NCBI GenBank assembly: GCA_965198115.1
Contig: OZ240241.1
Location: 5,984,001-6,048,000, forward strand
Direction: 5' to 3'
Origin: Candidatus Latescibacterota bacterium
GTDB taxonomy: Bacteria; Latescibacterota; UBA2968
DNA: 64,000 bases
A model generated the notes under the pieces. The model was not told the DNA's origin. It made no database searches and saw nothing but the letters and a program-made list of their open reading frames with translations. The position numbers were made by a program, and so were the translations under genes. This document shows, piece after piece, positions 1 to 9,724 of this stretch. Each line of letters opens with the position of its first letter. The stretch's first letter is position 1.

Positions 1-70
1 GCTGAATCACCGCCAGCCTGTAGTCTTTTTCCGGGTCCAAGCCATTCGCTCCTTACTCATTTTCACATAC

Positions 71-105
71 GAGAAAGCGCCAGGACATCACGACGTCCCA
101 GCGCT
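71..105 (-). terminator. Possible intrinsic terminator downstream of the UDP-glucuronate decarboxylase gene
   Basis: Minus-strand stem AGCGCTGGGAC...GTCCTGGCGCT followed by a short TTCTC tail, ~30 nt after the stop at 137. Confidence 0.45.
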
Positions 106-136
106 CAAACCCGTAGTGCCGTCACTCTACAGCGTT

Positions 137-1099
137 TTACCGCCAACCGCCCACAGCCAACCGCCCACCATCTTTTTCAGCCCGAAACCATTCGATCGTC
201 CGCCGCAACCCCTGCTCCGGATCGATTTCCGGTTCCCAACCCAAAAGCTTCTTCGCCAGACCGATATCCGGTTGCCTTACTTTCGGATCATCCTCCATCG
301 GCGGTAGAAACTTCAGCTTGCTCTCGCTCTCACTGATCTTGAGGATACGCTCCGCCAGCTCGAGCATCGACATCTCCGACGGGTTTCCTATGTTGACAGG
401 CTCGTGATAGTCCGCCTGCATCAAGGCGTAGATCCCACGCACGAGGTCGGACACGAAGCAGATGCTCCGGGTCTGTTTCCCGTCACCGAAGATCGTGATG
501 TCGTCGCCTTTCAGTGCTTGGGAAATGAATGCCGGAATCGCTCTTCCATCATCCTTCCGCATCCGGGGCCCGTAGGTGTTGAAAATGCGGATGATCCGCG
601 TGTCGATCCCGACCTCGCGGTGATAGGCCATCGTCATCGCCTCCGCGAACCGCTTCGCTTCGTCGTAGACGCCACGAACACCGATCGGATTCACGTTCCC
701 CCAGTAATTCTCCGGCTGCGGATGGACCAGCGGATCGCCGTAGGACTCGGACGTCGACGCCAGAAAAAACTTGGCTTGCTTCACCCGAGCCAGACCCAGG
801 CAGTGATAGGTCCCCAGGGCGCCCACTTTCATCGTATGGATCGAATGCACAAGGTAGTCTTTGGGGCTCGCCGGGCTGGCAAAATGCAGGATGTAATCCA
901 GCTGCCCGGCTACGTGAACGAAGTTCGTCACGTCATAGTTCAGGAAGGTAAATCCCTCTCGGCCAATCAGGTGAGCGATGTTGTCCACCCGACCCGTCAA
1001 AAGGTTATCCATCGCCACCACCTCGTGATCGTGCTCGAGCATGAACTCACAGAGATGGGAACCGAGGAACCCCGCGCCGCCTGTAATCAAAATCCGCAC
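137..1099 (-). CDS. UDP-glucuronic acid decarboxylase family NAD-dependent epimerase/dehydratase
   Basis: [48 protein letters not shown] motifs; GTG start at 1099 preferred over 1114. Confidence 0.92.
   Translation of the reverse strand: MRILITGGAGFLGSHLCEFMLEHDHEVVAMDNLLTGRVDNIAHLIGREGFTFLNYDVTNFVHVAGQLDYILHFASPASPKDYLVHSIHTMKVGALGTYHCLGLARVKQAKFFLASTSESYGDPLVHPQPENYWGNVNPIGVRGVYDEAKRFAEAMTMAYHREVGIDTRIIRIFNTYGPRMRKDDGRAIPAFISQALKGDDITIFGDGKQTRSICFVSDLVRGIYALMQADYHEPVNIGNPSEMSMLELAERILKISESESKLKFLPPMEDDPKVRQPDIGLAKKLLGWEPEIDPEQGLRRTIEWFRAEKDGGRLAVGGWR
139..166. repeat. Heptamer tandem repeat (ACCGCCA-like x4) inside the gene's 3' end
   Basis: accgcca accgccc acagcca accgccc; encodes the C-terminal [10 protein letters not shown] tail. 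Confidence 0.7.
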
Positions 1100-1141
1100 G
1101 ATTTCACCCAACAATGGCCGGCATCCGATGCCGTCTTTCTT

Positions 1142-1176
1142 TGGTCACTGGTCAATGGTCAACTGTCACTGGTCAA
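1142..1176. repeat. Heptamer tandem repeat (TGGTCAA-like x5), intergenic
   Basis: tggtcac tggtcaa tggtcaa ctgtcac tggtcaa, immediately 3' of the stop at 1179. Confidence 0.85.
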
Positions 1177-1178
1177 TG

Positions 1179-2438
1179 CTAGTACTCCGCCCAAACCTCA
1201 TCCAACCCCGGCTGCCGTTCGACGGCCAGAGCCTGCTTCGTGACCGACATAAAAACGTCTTTCTCAGCCTCCGTCATCGTCTTCTTCCTGCGTGCCATCA
1301 CACGCTCGGCCAGAGCCAGGCCCCGCTCCTCATCGTAGCGCACGACCCGATCGCCGTCGACCCAGGCGAAGCTGGGGACGAATTTAGGACTCCGAGGAGT
1401 AAAAACGCTGCTGCAGAAACCGATCACGGCCCCGGTCGGGAAACTGACGTTGATACCGCCTTTACTGTGATCGCCCACGAACATGCCAACGAACTGTTCG
1501 TTCGTCTCGACATCGCGACCGTTGATCGGGACGCGAACGGTCCCATACGTGTTCTTCAGATCACTGTTGATACAATCGGCCGCGATGTTGACCCACGAAG
1601 ATATGTAGCTGTGCCCCAGAAACCCGTCGTGTTGCTTGTTCGAATATCCCTGGATAATCGATGCTTCGATTTCGCCACCGACTTTGCAGACCGGGCCGAG
1701 CGTGGTCCCGGCGTGCACGGTTGCACCGGCCTGAATCAGGCTGCCCGCTCCGATATAAGCTGGCCCCTGGATATACGAATGAGGCAGGATTGTCGTGCCT
1801 TCGTCGATCCAGACCGGACCGTCTTCCGCATCCACGACCACGCACGGTTTGAGGACCGACCCCTCACCCAGAAATACCTGATCGTTTCCGAGTACGTGAC
1901 AAACTCGGCCGTATAGACCCGCGCCCCGACTGTCGATAGACCAATCCTCGACCAGGACGTCCTCGTTCGAACTCACCAGATCCCACGGCCACGTCACCAT
2001 CCTCACGATGTCCGATACGTCGCGCCGTGGAAGTCCCGCCGTCACTGCGCGCAGCCTCGCCTCGTCGAGCATCACGTCCGCGGTCAACTCGCGTGACAGG
2101 ATATCATCGGCCACGACACAAGCCACCGAATCTTCTGAGCCCGCAACACCCACCCACGCCTCGTCACCCGTTTCAGGAAGCTCGGACCAGATGCCGCGGC
2201 CATTCACAAGCAAGCTGCTTTCCGACAGCCCTCCGTTCACCTCGCACGATGTCTGTTCAGCAACCATCTCCGCCAGCACGGGCCGGCACCACAGTGACAG
2301 CGCCCCTTTCGGCGAAAGCGCGCGAACTCGGTCGATTAGTGGATGAACTCCGCAGAGAAGCTGGAAAACCGCTCGAACGTAAACGAGGGGCAACAAACGC
2401 TGCCACCCCGGATCTTCATAGAGAACGACTCGTCCCAT
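1179..2438 (-). CDS. GlmU-like sugar nucleotidyltransferase/acetyltransferase (Bacteroidota-type alternative GlmU family)
   Basis: LLPLVYVRAVFQLLCG N-terminus, left-handed beta-helix hexapeptides, KVGGEIEASII, SNKQHDGFLGHS, NSDLKNTY; ATG at 2438; adjacent to glmS. Confidence 0.8.
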   Translation of the reverse strand: MGRVVLYEDPGWQRLLPLVYVRAVFQLLCGVHPLIDRVRALSPKGALSLWCRPVLAEMVAEQTSCEVNGGLSESSLLVNGRGIWSELPETGDEAWVGVAGSEDSVACVVADDILSRELTADVMLDEARLRAVTAGLPRRDVSDIVRMVTWPWDLVSSNEDVLVEDWSIDSRGAGLYGRVCHVLGNDQVFLGEGSVLKPCVVVDAEDGPVWIDEGTTILPHSYIQGPAYIGAGSLIQAGATVHAGTTLGPVCKVGGEIEASIIQGYSNKQHDGFLGHSYISSWVNIAADCINSDLKNTYGTVRVPINGRDVETNEQFVGMFVGDHSKGGINVSFPTGAVIGFCSSVFTPRSPKFVPSFAWVDGDRVVRYDEERGLALAERVMARRKKTMTEAEKDVFMSVTKQALAVERQPGLDEVWAEY

Positions 2439-2561
2439 TGATCTCAAGTACCGTTTCGATCGCGCACGACCGGTCTCAACGTCGAACCGAACCGGATCAT
2501 CCACCTTCCAGAGCGCCTGGATCTCCGGTGTGCACGAAGTCTCGACTCACCCCGATCCCCA

Positions 2562-2632
2562 TCCCCGAATAGGGCCTGGACCTCCCGGATTCCCCACACC
2601 CTCCGTGTCCTCCGTGTTCTCAGTGGTTGCTT
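2562..2632. repeat. Composite intergenic repeat, copy 1
   Basis: tccccgaatagggcctggacctcc...ccctccgtgtcctccgtgt...gtggttgctt; matches 4546-4638. Confidence 0.8.
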
Positions 2633-2650
2633 GGCTTTTGGGTTGTTACG

Positions 2651-4482
2651 TTACTCGACCGTGACGCTCTTCGCCAGGTTGCGGGGCTTATCGACATTCT
2701 GACCACGGAGGAGTGCGGCGTGGTAAGCCAGCAATTGAAGTGGAATCGTCGTCAACAGAGGCGAAAGAAGGGGCATTGTGGCAGGAACACGAATGACTTC
2801 CGAAACCAGAGATGCCAGGTCCTCGTCGTCCTCCGTCGTGACGGCGACAACTTGTCCGCCACGCACCTTAACCTCTTCTATATTCGACAGCACCTTGTCG
2901 AACGTGTGGTCTCTCGGGGCTACGACGATCACCGGCATACCCTCGTCGATCAACGCGATCGGTCCGTGCTTCATCTCTGCAGCCGGCATGCCCTCCGCGT
3001 GAATGTAGCTGACCTCTTTCAACTTCAGCGCTCCCTCGAGTGCGACCGGATAGTTCACCCGCGCCCGAGGTAGAGGCAGTTGTCCCACTCCACGACACGT
3101 TCGGCCAGGGATCTGACCTGGTCCTCCGTTTCCAGCGTCACATCCACCTTTTCCGGGATTGTCGAAAGCGCCTCCAATAGTTCCGCTGTGCGCTCCGCCG
3201 ACATGTTCCGACGACGGCCCAGATCGATCGCCATCATCGCCAGAACCGCGACGTGAGCGGTAAACGCCTTCGTGCTGGCCACACCGATTTCAGCCCCGGC
3301 GTGAAGATACACACCAGCATCCGTCTCTCGCGAGATCGTCGACCCTACGACATTCACGACACCGAAGGTCGTAGCGCCCTTCATCCTGACTTCGCGCAGA
3401 GCGGCCAGCGTATCGGCCGTTTCCCCCGACTGACTGATGGCGATCGCGAGAGTACCGTCTTCAATGATCGGGTTCCGGTATCTCAACTCGCTCGCATACT
3501 CGACCTCGGTCGGAACGCGAGCCAGTTCTTCAAACAGATATTCACCGATCAGTCCGGCGTGCCAGGCCGTCCCACACCCCGTTAACAGGACACGACGCGC
3601 GCGGGCCAGTTCTCGATCCAGCCCGACCAGGCCCCCGAGCGCGACACGCTGACCTTCGAAATCCAGCCGACCCCGCATGGCACTTCGCAGACTGTCGCCC
3701 TGCTCGTGGATTTCCTTGTGCATGTGGTGTTCGTGCTCGGCCAGCTCAATCTCTTCGAGCGTCAGCTCGAGCGTGTCGACCGTCTTCTCCAACGGCGTCT
3801 GATCGAGCGTCGTTACTTGAATCCCATCTGGACCGAGCGTGACGAACTCACCGTCGTCGGGATAGACCACGCGATTTGTGTGCTCTACGATCGCCCCGCC
3901 ATCGGAAGCGACGATGTATTCGTCGTCGCCGATCCCCACGAGCAGGGGGCTTCCGCGGCGAACAGCCACCAACGTGTGGGGAACCTCGGAACAGAGGATG
4001 GCCAGACCGAAGGTCCCGCGCACATCTCGTACGGCCTGACGCACACTCGCCAAAAAGTCGCCCGTCTGATCGAAGAAGAAACCGATCAGCTGTGCAATCG
4101 ATTCAGTGTCTGTTTCACTCTGGAAAGTGACACCCTGGCCTTCGAGGAACTGGCGTATGGCGCCGTGGTTCTCGACAATTCCGTTGTGAACGATCGAAAT
4201 GCGGCGTTGGGTATCGAAGTGGGGATGGGCGTTGATTTCGCTCGGGCGGCCGTGTGTCGCCCATCGGGTGTGGGCGATTCCGATCGTTCCGTCGAGGGGA
4301 CGGGCATCGAGCGTGTCGGATAGGGCAGACACCTTCCCGACCGTCTTGCAGTCATTCAGTTGGCCGTCGACAATCGTCGCGACACCGGCCGAATCGTAAC
4401 CGCGATACTCGAGGCGGCGAAGGCCGTTCAGGAGAATGGGTGCCGCTTGTCGACCACCGACATATCCAACAATCCCACACAC
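2651..4482 (-). CDS. glmS: Glutamine--fructose-6-phosphate aminotransferase (1-nt frameshift at ~3058, likely sequencing error)
   Basis: [53 protein letters not shown]; ORFs 3055..4482 and 2651..3088 join as YLGRG|VNYP if one G is added to a G run. Confidence 0.96.
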
Positions 4483-4545
4483 AACAATAGCTCCTACGAG
4501 ACGTTACACAATCAGGTGAAGAACTCCGGACAGCCTCTGATTCTC

Positions 4546-4638
4546 TCCCCGAATAGGGCCTGGATCTCCAGGCGCCCCCACCCTCCTTGTGCTCCGTGTC
4601 CGGCGCCTGCCCTGAGCGAAGTCGAAGGGTGGTTGCTT
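4546..4638. repeat. Composite intergenic repeat, copy 2, containing a REP-like 25-mer
   Basis: tccccgaatagggcctggatctccaggc (palindrome gcctgga-tc-tccaggc) ...ccctccttgtgctccgtgt...[gcctgccctgagcgaagtcgaaggg 4605-4629]tggttgcttt. Confidence 0.8.
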
Positions 4639-4650
4639 TCGTCTTTAGCG

Positions 4651-5994
4651 CTAAAGCTTGAACACCTTCCCGATCGAGCGCTCTGTTCCCTTCGTCGAAT
4701 TGCGCGTATCGAACACACACTTCGCGTGATCAACGACCCACTGGAAGTCGTAGTCATCGTGGTTGGTCGTGATCACCACGCAGTCGGCCTCGCCGAGCGC
4801 TTCCTCGGTCAGATCGGATGCGACCATGTTGAGATCGTCCACAGCCAACCTTGGCACGAAAGGATCGTGGTAGGAAACGTGTGCGCCCTTTTGCTGGAGC
4901 ATTTCGATGATGTCGAGTGCCGGAGATTCACGGACATCTCCGACGTTCGGTTTGTAAGTCACACCCAGCACCAGGACCTTTGACCCTTTGACGCTCCGCT
5001 CGAAAAGATTCAACACATCGGAAACTTTCGAAACGACGTATCCGGGCATGCTTCGCGTCACCTCGCTGGCCAGTTCGATGAATCGCGAGTTGAAATCCAG
5101 AGTCTTGAGCTTCCAGGCCAGGTAATGAGGATCGATCGGAATGCAATGGCCTCCCAACCCCGGACCCGGGTAGAAGGGCATGAATCCGTAGGGCTTGGTT
5201 CCGGCAGCGTCGATCACTTCCCACACATCGATACCAAGCCGGTCGCACATTAACGCGACCTCGTTCACCAGGGCGATGTTCACGTTGCGGTAGGTATTCT
5301 CGAGGAGTTTCGTAATCTCGGCGGTCTGGGTCGAAGACACCGTCACCACTTCGGAAATGACCTGGTGGTAAAAGGTGGCTGCGATCTCCGTACACGCGGG
5401 TGTTGTGCCACCCACAACCTTGGGCGTGTTCGTTAGCGTGTAGACCGTATTCCCTGGATCGATCCGCTCGGGCGAGTAGGCGAGGTAGAAGTCGGTTCCC
5501 GCCACCAACCCACCCTCTTCCAGAATCGGCCGTACGATATCCTGAGTAGTGCCTGGGAAAGTCGTGCTCTCGAGGATGACCAGCTGGTTCCGACGCAAGC
5601 ACGATCGGACTCCCTGGCACGCGCTCAGAATGTAGGACACGTCCGGATCCCGCGTCTTGCCCAGAGGCGTTGGAACACAAATGATGATCACATCGACGTC
5701 GGCCACGTCGGCATAGTCCGTCGTTGCACGGAGCTTGCCCACGGACTTCAGCCCGGCCACTTCGAAATCCGGTACGTCTCCCACATCCGACTTGCCGGCT
5801 TCGATCGTCGCCACCTTCTCGGCCGAAATATCCACACCCAGCACTTCGAAGCCTGCTTTGCCCAGTTCGATCGACATGGGCAGCCCGACGTAGCCTAACC
5901 CCACCACGGCTACACGAGCGGTCCGCGTCGTCAACCGTTCTTCCAACCGAGTATCTGCATCGAGAGCAGCCGTACTCACTTTATCGCCACCCAC
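4651..5994 (-). CDS. UDP-N-acetyl-hexosamine 6-dehydrogenase (WecC/WbpA-type nucleotide sugar dehydrogenase)
   Basis: VVGLGYVGLP, ICVPTP, LESTTFPGTT, SPERIDPGN, KLLENTYRNVNIA, GPGLGGHCIPIDP, YKPNVGDVRESP; start may be GTG at 5979. Confidence 0.9.
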   Translation of the reverse strand: MGGDKVSTAALDADTRLEERLTTRTARVAVVGLGYVGLPMSIELGKAGFEVLGVDISAEKVATIEAGKSDVGDVPDFEVAGLKSVGKLRATTDYADVADVDVIIICVPTPLGKTRDPDVSYILSACQGVRSCLRRNQLVILESTTFPGTTQDIVRPILEEGGLVAGTDFYLAYSPERIDPGNTVYTLTNTPKVVGGTTPACTEIAATFYHQVISEVVTVSSTQTAEITKLLENTYRNVNIALVNEVALMCDRLGIDVWEVIDAAGTKPYGFMPFYPGPGLGGHCIPIDPHYLAWKLKTLDFNSRFIELASEVTRSMPGYVVSKVSDVLNLFERSVKGSKVLVLGVTYKPNVGDVRESPALDIIEMLQQKGAHVSYHDPFVPRLAVDDLNMVASDLTEEALGEADCVVITTNHDDYDFQWVVDHAKCVFDTRNSTKGTERSIGKVFKL

Positions 5995-6052
5995 CCTTCC
6001 CTGCTCGGTTCACGACGATTCCGAGAAACACGCCAGCAACGCTCATTGTCAC

Positions 6053-6086
6053 AATGTTCGATTCTCGATATTCGATCTTCAATGTC
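6053..6086. repeat. Heptamer tandem repeat (GATxTTC-like x5), intergenic
   Basis: aatgttc gattctc gatattc gatcttc aatgtc, abutting the argF stop. Confidence 0.7.
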
Positions 6087-6996
6087 AGGCTCCCATCGTG
6101 CGCATGAGAATCGCCTTCTGAGCGTGCAACCTGTTTTCAGCTTGGTCGACCGCGACACATCGATCTGAAGCCATCACGCCCGCCGTCACCTCATACCCTT
6201 TGTGCGCAGGTAAGCAGTGCATCACGTATGCCTTCGTCTGATCGAGCAATTCTTCGTTGATCTGATACGGGGCGAACGCGGCGATACGTCGTTCTCTTTC
6301 TTCCTTGTAGCTCTCGTCACCGAAGAATTCCATGTCGATCCACGTATCCGTGTAGAGGAAGTCGGCCTCCTTTGCAGCGCCAACCAGATCGAGCGTCTCC
6401 GCATACAGTCCCGACGCGCGCGCGTCGGCAATCAACGCCTCGTCGTCCGATGCGGGGTTGACCTCTGGAGCGACGACCGTTATCCGGACACCCGTCTTCA
6501 TAGATACGGCGATCAACGAATTACACACGTTGTTCCGTATGCCCGTGTAAACGAGGTGCACCCCGTCCAGCTTGCCGACCATCTCCCGCACGGTCAGCAG
6601 ATCACCCACGGCCTGACACGGGTGATAGCGGTCGCAACATCCGTTGATGATGGGAACCTCCGACCCGGACGCCAGGTCGAGCAGATCGTCGTGATGTATC
6701 ATACGCGCGGCGATTCCATCGACGTAGCGCGAAAGGACCTGGGCTTCGTCGCGAAGGTCTGCCAGCGTAAAGTTCGTGGCTCGCCAGTCCAGATAGACGG
6801 CGTGGCCACCGAGCTGTGTCATTCCCACTTCGAACGACGTGCGCGTTCGCGTTGACGTCTTTTGAAACAGGATGCCCAGACTCTGGCCGTTCAACACTTG
6901 ACGATAGCGGTCGGCGTGATCTTTCACGTCCATCGCTTCGTCGAGCGTCGCGAGCACCTCGTCCGACGTCCAGTCCTTGAGCGTGATCAGATCCAT
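6085..6996 (-). CDS. argF: Ornithine carbamoyltransferase
   Basis: FQKTSTRTR, HPCQA and MHCLPA motifs, QAENRLHAQKA; the SMG loop reads DTWIDME. Confidence 0.85.
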   Translation of the reverse strand: MDLITLKDWTSDEVLATLDEAMDVKDHADRYRQVLNGQSLGILFQKTSTRTRTSFEVGMTQLGGHAVYLDWRATNFTLADLRDEAQVLSRYVDGIAARMIHHDDLLDLASGSEVPIINGCCDRYHPCQAVGDLLTVREMVGKLDGVHLVYTGIRNNVCNSLIAVSMKTGVRITVVAPEVNPASDDEALIADARASGLYAETLDLVGAAKEADFLYTDTWIDMEFFGDESYKEERERRIAAFAPYQINEELLDQTKAYVMHCLPAHKGYEVTAGVMASDRCVAVDQAENRLHAQKAILMRTMGA

Positions 6997-7959
6997 TCAG
7001 GTGAGTGTCGCCTCGACTTCCTCGAGCAGCTCCTTAAGAGACTCGCCCAGCGATTTTTCGATCGTGCAACCCGACGCGTTCCGATGACCTCCCCCGCCGA
7101 ATTTCCGGGCAATGACGTTCACGTCGACGGTGCCCCTCGACCGGAGGCTGACGCGGTGTACGCCGGCGGATTGCTCCTTGAAGAAGAGGGCCACCTCCAC
7201 GCCATCGATCGACATCGCCTGATCCACGATGCCGTCCAGGTCGCCGCCCAGCGAAAAGGTCTCGTGGTCGATCGAAACCGTGACGATCCGACCGTCGGCG
7301 TGCAGCTCCAGACCGGCTAACCCCACACCCAACGACTTGACCGTCTCGAAGGTCTGGTGGGCAAACAGCTGATCGGCGATCCACGCGGGATCTGCACCGT
7401 GACGGACGAGCTCGGCGCACGCTCTGAGGGCGCGCTCCGGGTGAGAGTATTTGAAGAGCTTCGTGTCGAACGCGATGCCGGCGTAGACTTGCGTGGCCAT
7501 CCCGGGGCTAATCTCCACGCCGAATTCCTTGATCAACTCGAAAACCAACTCGCTCGCAGCGCTCGCACCCGAGTCGATCAAAAGAACATTGCCCTCTTCA
7601 GAGCCCCCGGCGTGATGGTCGATGATCATCGTACGCGTGTCCATATCGATCAGCCGTGCGACGTTTCCGACACGGTGGGCCGAAATCGTGGGTGTATCCA
7701 CGAACACGGCGAACGGAATAGCATCTGTCGATTCGTAGTCGTAAACACTCTCGATCTTTTCGAACCCTTCGAGGAAGGCGAATTTCCGATCGGGCTCGGC
7801 ATCGGCCACGACAATGCGATTCGCCTTACCCATCTGATCCAGCATGCTGGAAAGACCCAGCATCGCCCCGATGCCGTCGCCATCGGCATTCACGTGAGTC
7901 GATAGCAAATAGGGTCCATCCGACTCGAAATAAGCGACCGCATGGGTGAAATCCATCAC
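6997..7959 (-). CDS. nrnA: DHH/DHHA1 bifunctional oligoribonuclease/PAP phosphatase
   Basis: HVNADGDG, IDHH, SAASEL, VSLRS, GGGGHRNASG. Confidence 0.85.
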   Translation of the reverse strand: MMDFTHAVAYFESDGPYLLSTHVNADGDGIGAMLGLSSMLDQMGKANRIVVADAEPDRKFAFLEGFEKIESVYDYESTDAIPFAVFVDTPTISAHRVGNVARLIDMDTRTMIIDHHAGGSEEGNVLLIDSGASAASELVFELIKEFGVEISPGMATQVYAGIAFDTKLFKYSHPERALRACAELVRHGADPAWIADQLFAHQTFETVKSLGVGLAGLELHADGRIVTVSIDHETFSLGGDLDGIVDQAMSIDGVEVALFFKEQSAGVHRVSLRSRGTVDVNVIARKFGGGGHRNASGCTIEKSLGESLKELLEEVEATLT

Positions 7960-7984
7960 GGCATCTCCTGACGCGCGATGAGCA

Positions 7985-9724
7985 TCATTCCATCTCGTCG
8001 ATTTCGTCCAGCAGGGACTCGACGTCAGCTGAAGTGAGTCGGAAGCTTCTCAGCTTGAAGGTCGCGGCCGAATCGTAGTCCAGCAGGCTCTCGGAGCGAA
8101 ACACGACGCCGTGGTGAAGCGCCGCTTCCTTGCGTGTCAGCACACCCGAGGAAACTTCCTCCGACAAGAGCCTGATCGATCGCTCATACGGGTGTCCGTA
8201 TCCGCCGCCACCGGCCGTTTCCAACCGGACTCGGTCACCCGCCTTCAGGGCGAACCCTTCCACTTTTCTTGGGGGAGTCATCCAGTGTCCATCCGTATGG
8301 ACCCTAACGTCAGCTGTCGATCCTCGCGCCCCTCGATGATGACCTCCTGCACCACGTTCGCCACGGTCGACGTAGAGCGTCAGCCTCGAATCGGTGTCGA
8401 CACGAAATTCGATCAGGGTCCCATCACCGCCCCGGTAACGACCCGGGCCGCCCGATCCCACTCGACGCTCGTAGCGCGTAACACGTACGGGATACATTCG
8501 TTCGATCGTCTCGATCGCGGGAAACACACCCCGTCTGGGAGGGGCGCCGATGTTGACAAGACCGTCGCCACGCCCGCTCGCACCGCCCCCCGATCCAACG
8601 GACAGACGCAGCGTGAAGGGCTCGCCACGATCGTGTCCTTCGACGACGACCAGATTGCCGCCTCCGGCGTCGACGGCCGAACCTCGTCCGTGCACGGCCT
8701 GCGACAGTGCCTCGATCACACCCGAAACGACGCGCCCGGCGACTTCGTTTCCTCCACTCACCGCCTGCGGGAACCTCGCGTCGAGATACGTCCCCTCAGG
8801 TCGAGCGACCGAAATCACGGACTCGAAGTCGGCAGAGGTCGGTACATCGGGAAGAAGCTGCCGCAATCCGGCCACGCAACCCGCCTGAACGGCCGAAAAC
8901 GGACAGTGCGTCGCACCCGGTCTACCTTCGCTCCCCTCGAATGAAAGACGAATCTGCCCCACCTCGACCCGCGCGGTCGTGACCAGACGGACCGGACGCC
9001 CGGAGACCGGGTCATCGAGCCGGTCGCGACACACGTAGGTTCCGGGCGAGAAGGAGGCCAGGGCCTCGTCCAACGAACGTTGCGCACCAGCCCTTACTCT
9101 CTCCGCAGCTTCGACCAGGCTCTTGGGTCCGATGCGATCCATCAACGTGCGGATTCGACTCGCGCCGGCCGAAAGGGCAGAGATCTGCGCGAGGAGACTC
9201 CCCCGAAAAATCGCCGGATCCCGCGTATTCGCAGCGATCAGATCGATCGACGATGGCTCGGCAAAAGAGTCGGTGCCCAGACGCAGCCTCGGCACCCGCA
9301 CACCTTCCTGCGCTATATCCCACGCGTCCGGACACACGCCCCCGGGCACACGCCCCCCAATATCGGGATAATGTCCTGCCGAGGCCAGCCACGCGACGCC
9401 GAGATCTCCCAGGTCGAGAGGTATCGCGACACGGAATTCGCACAACGAACAGCCCCCGGCAAACGGGTCGTTCGAAAGGAGGACCTCATCGTCGGCGGCC
9501 TCCATCGCTGCGTGGCCGCCCATCCACGTTGCCAGCAAAGCGGCGAGAAAGGGTGTGCTCTTCGACCCCGATGTCCACGGCAGCTCCCTCGGCCCAACCA
9601 GCAGGACCGCCGTGCCACCTCCCTGAATCGACGCCTCGAACGCTCGGGCGCGAAACACGGCCTCGGCTTCATCCACGGCGGCCTGGACACGGGACCAGAT
9701 GCGGGTCGTCTCGATTCCCGTCAT
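7985..9724 (-). CDS. Hydantoinase B/oxoprolinase family protein (divergent)
   Basis: NDPFAGG, HYPDIGGRVPGG, QEGVRVP, SGGPGRYRGGDG, ETAGGGGYGHP. Confidence 0.8.
   Translation of the reverse strand: MTGIETTRIWSRVQAAVDEAEAVFRARAFEASIQGGGTAVLLVGPRELPWTSGSKSTPFLAALLATWMGGHAAMEAADDEVLLSNDPFAGGCSLCEFRVAIPLDLGDLGVAWLASAGHYPDIGGRVPGGVCPDAWDIAQEGVRVPRLRLGTDSFAEPSSIDLIAANTRDPAIFRGSLLAQISALSAGASRIRTLMDRIGPKSLVEAAERVRAGAQRSLDEALASFSPGTYVCRDRLDDPVSGRPVRLVTTARVEVGQIRLSFEGSEGRPGATHCPFSAVQAGCVAGLRQLLPDVPTSADFESVISVARPEGTYLDARFPQAVSGGNEVAGRVVSGVIEALSQAVHGRGSAVDAGGGNLVVVEGHDRGEPFTLRLSVGSGGGASGRGDGLVNIGAPPRRGVFPAIETIERMYPVRVTRYERRVGSGGPGRYRGGDGTLIEFRVDTDSRLTLYVDRGERGAGGHHRGARGSTADVRVHTDGHWMTPPRKVEGFALKAGDRVRLETAGGGGYGHPYERSIRLLSEEVSSGVLTRKEAALHHGVVFRSESLLDYDSAATFKLRSFRLTSADVESLLDEIDEME

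Noticed and set aside
1-60. Start of a further minus-strand gene (AAGGAG then TTG GAC CCG GAA...)
   Set aside because: Too little sequence inside the window to support a call.
4483-4650. glmS ribozyme in the glmS leader
   Set aside because: No recognisable ribozyme core; the region is occupied by a repeat that also occurs downstream of glmS.
139-6086. CRISPR array
   Set aside because: The repeats are 7-bp tandems or isolated pairs with no repeat-spacer periodicity, and no cas genes are present.
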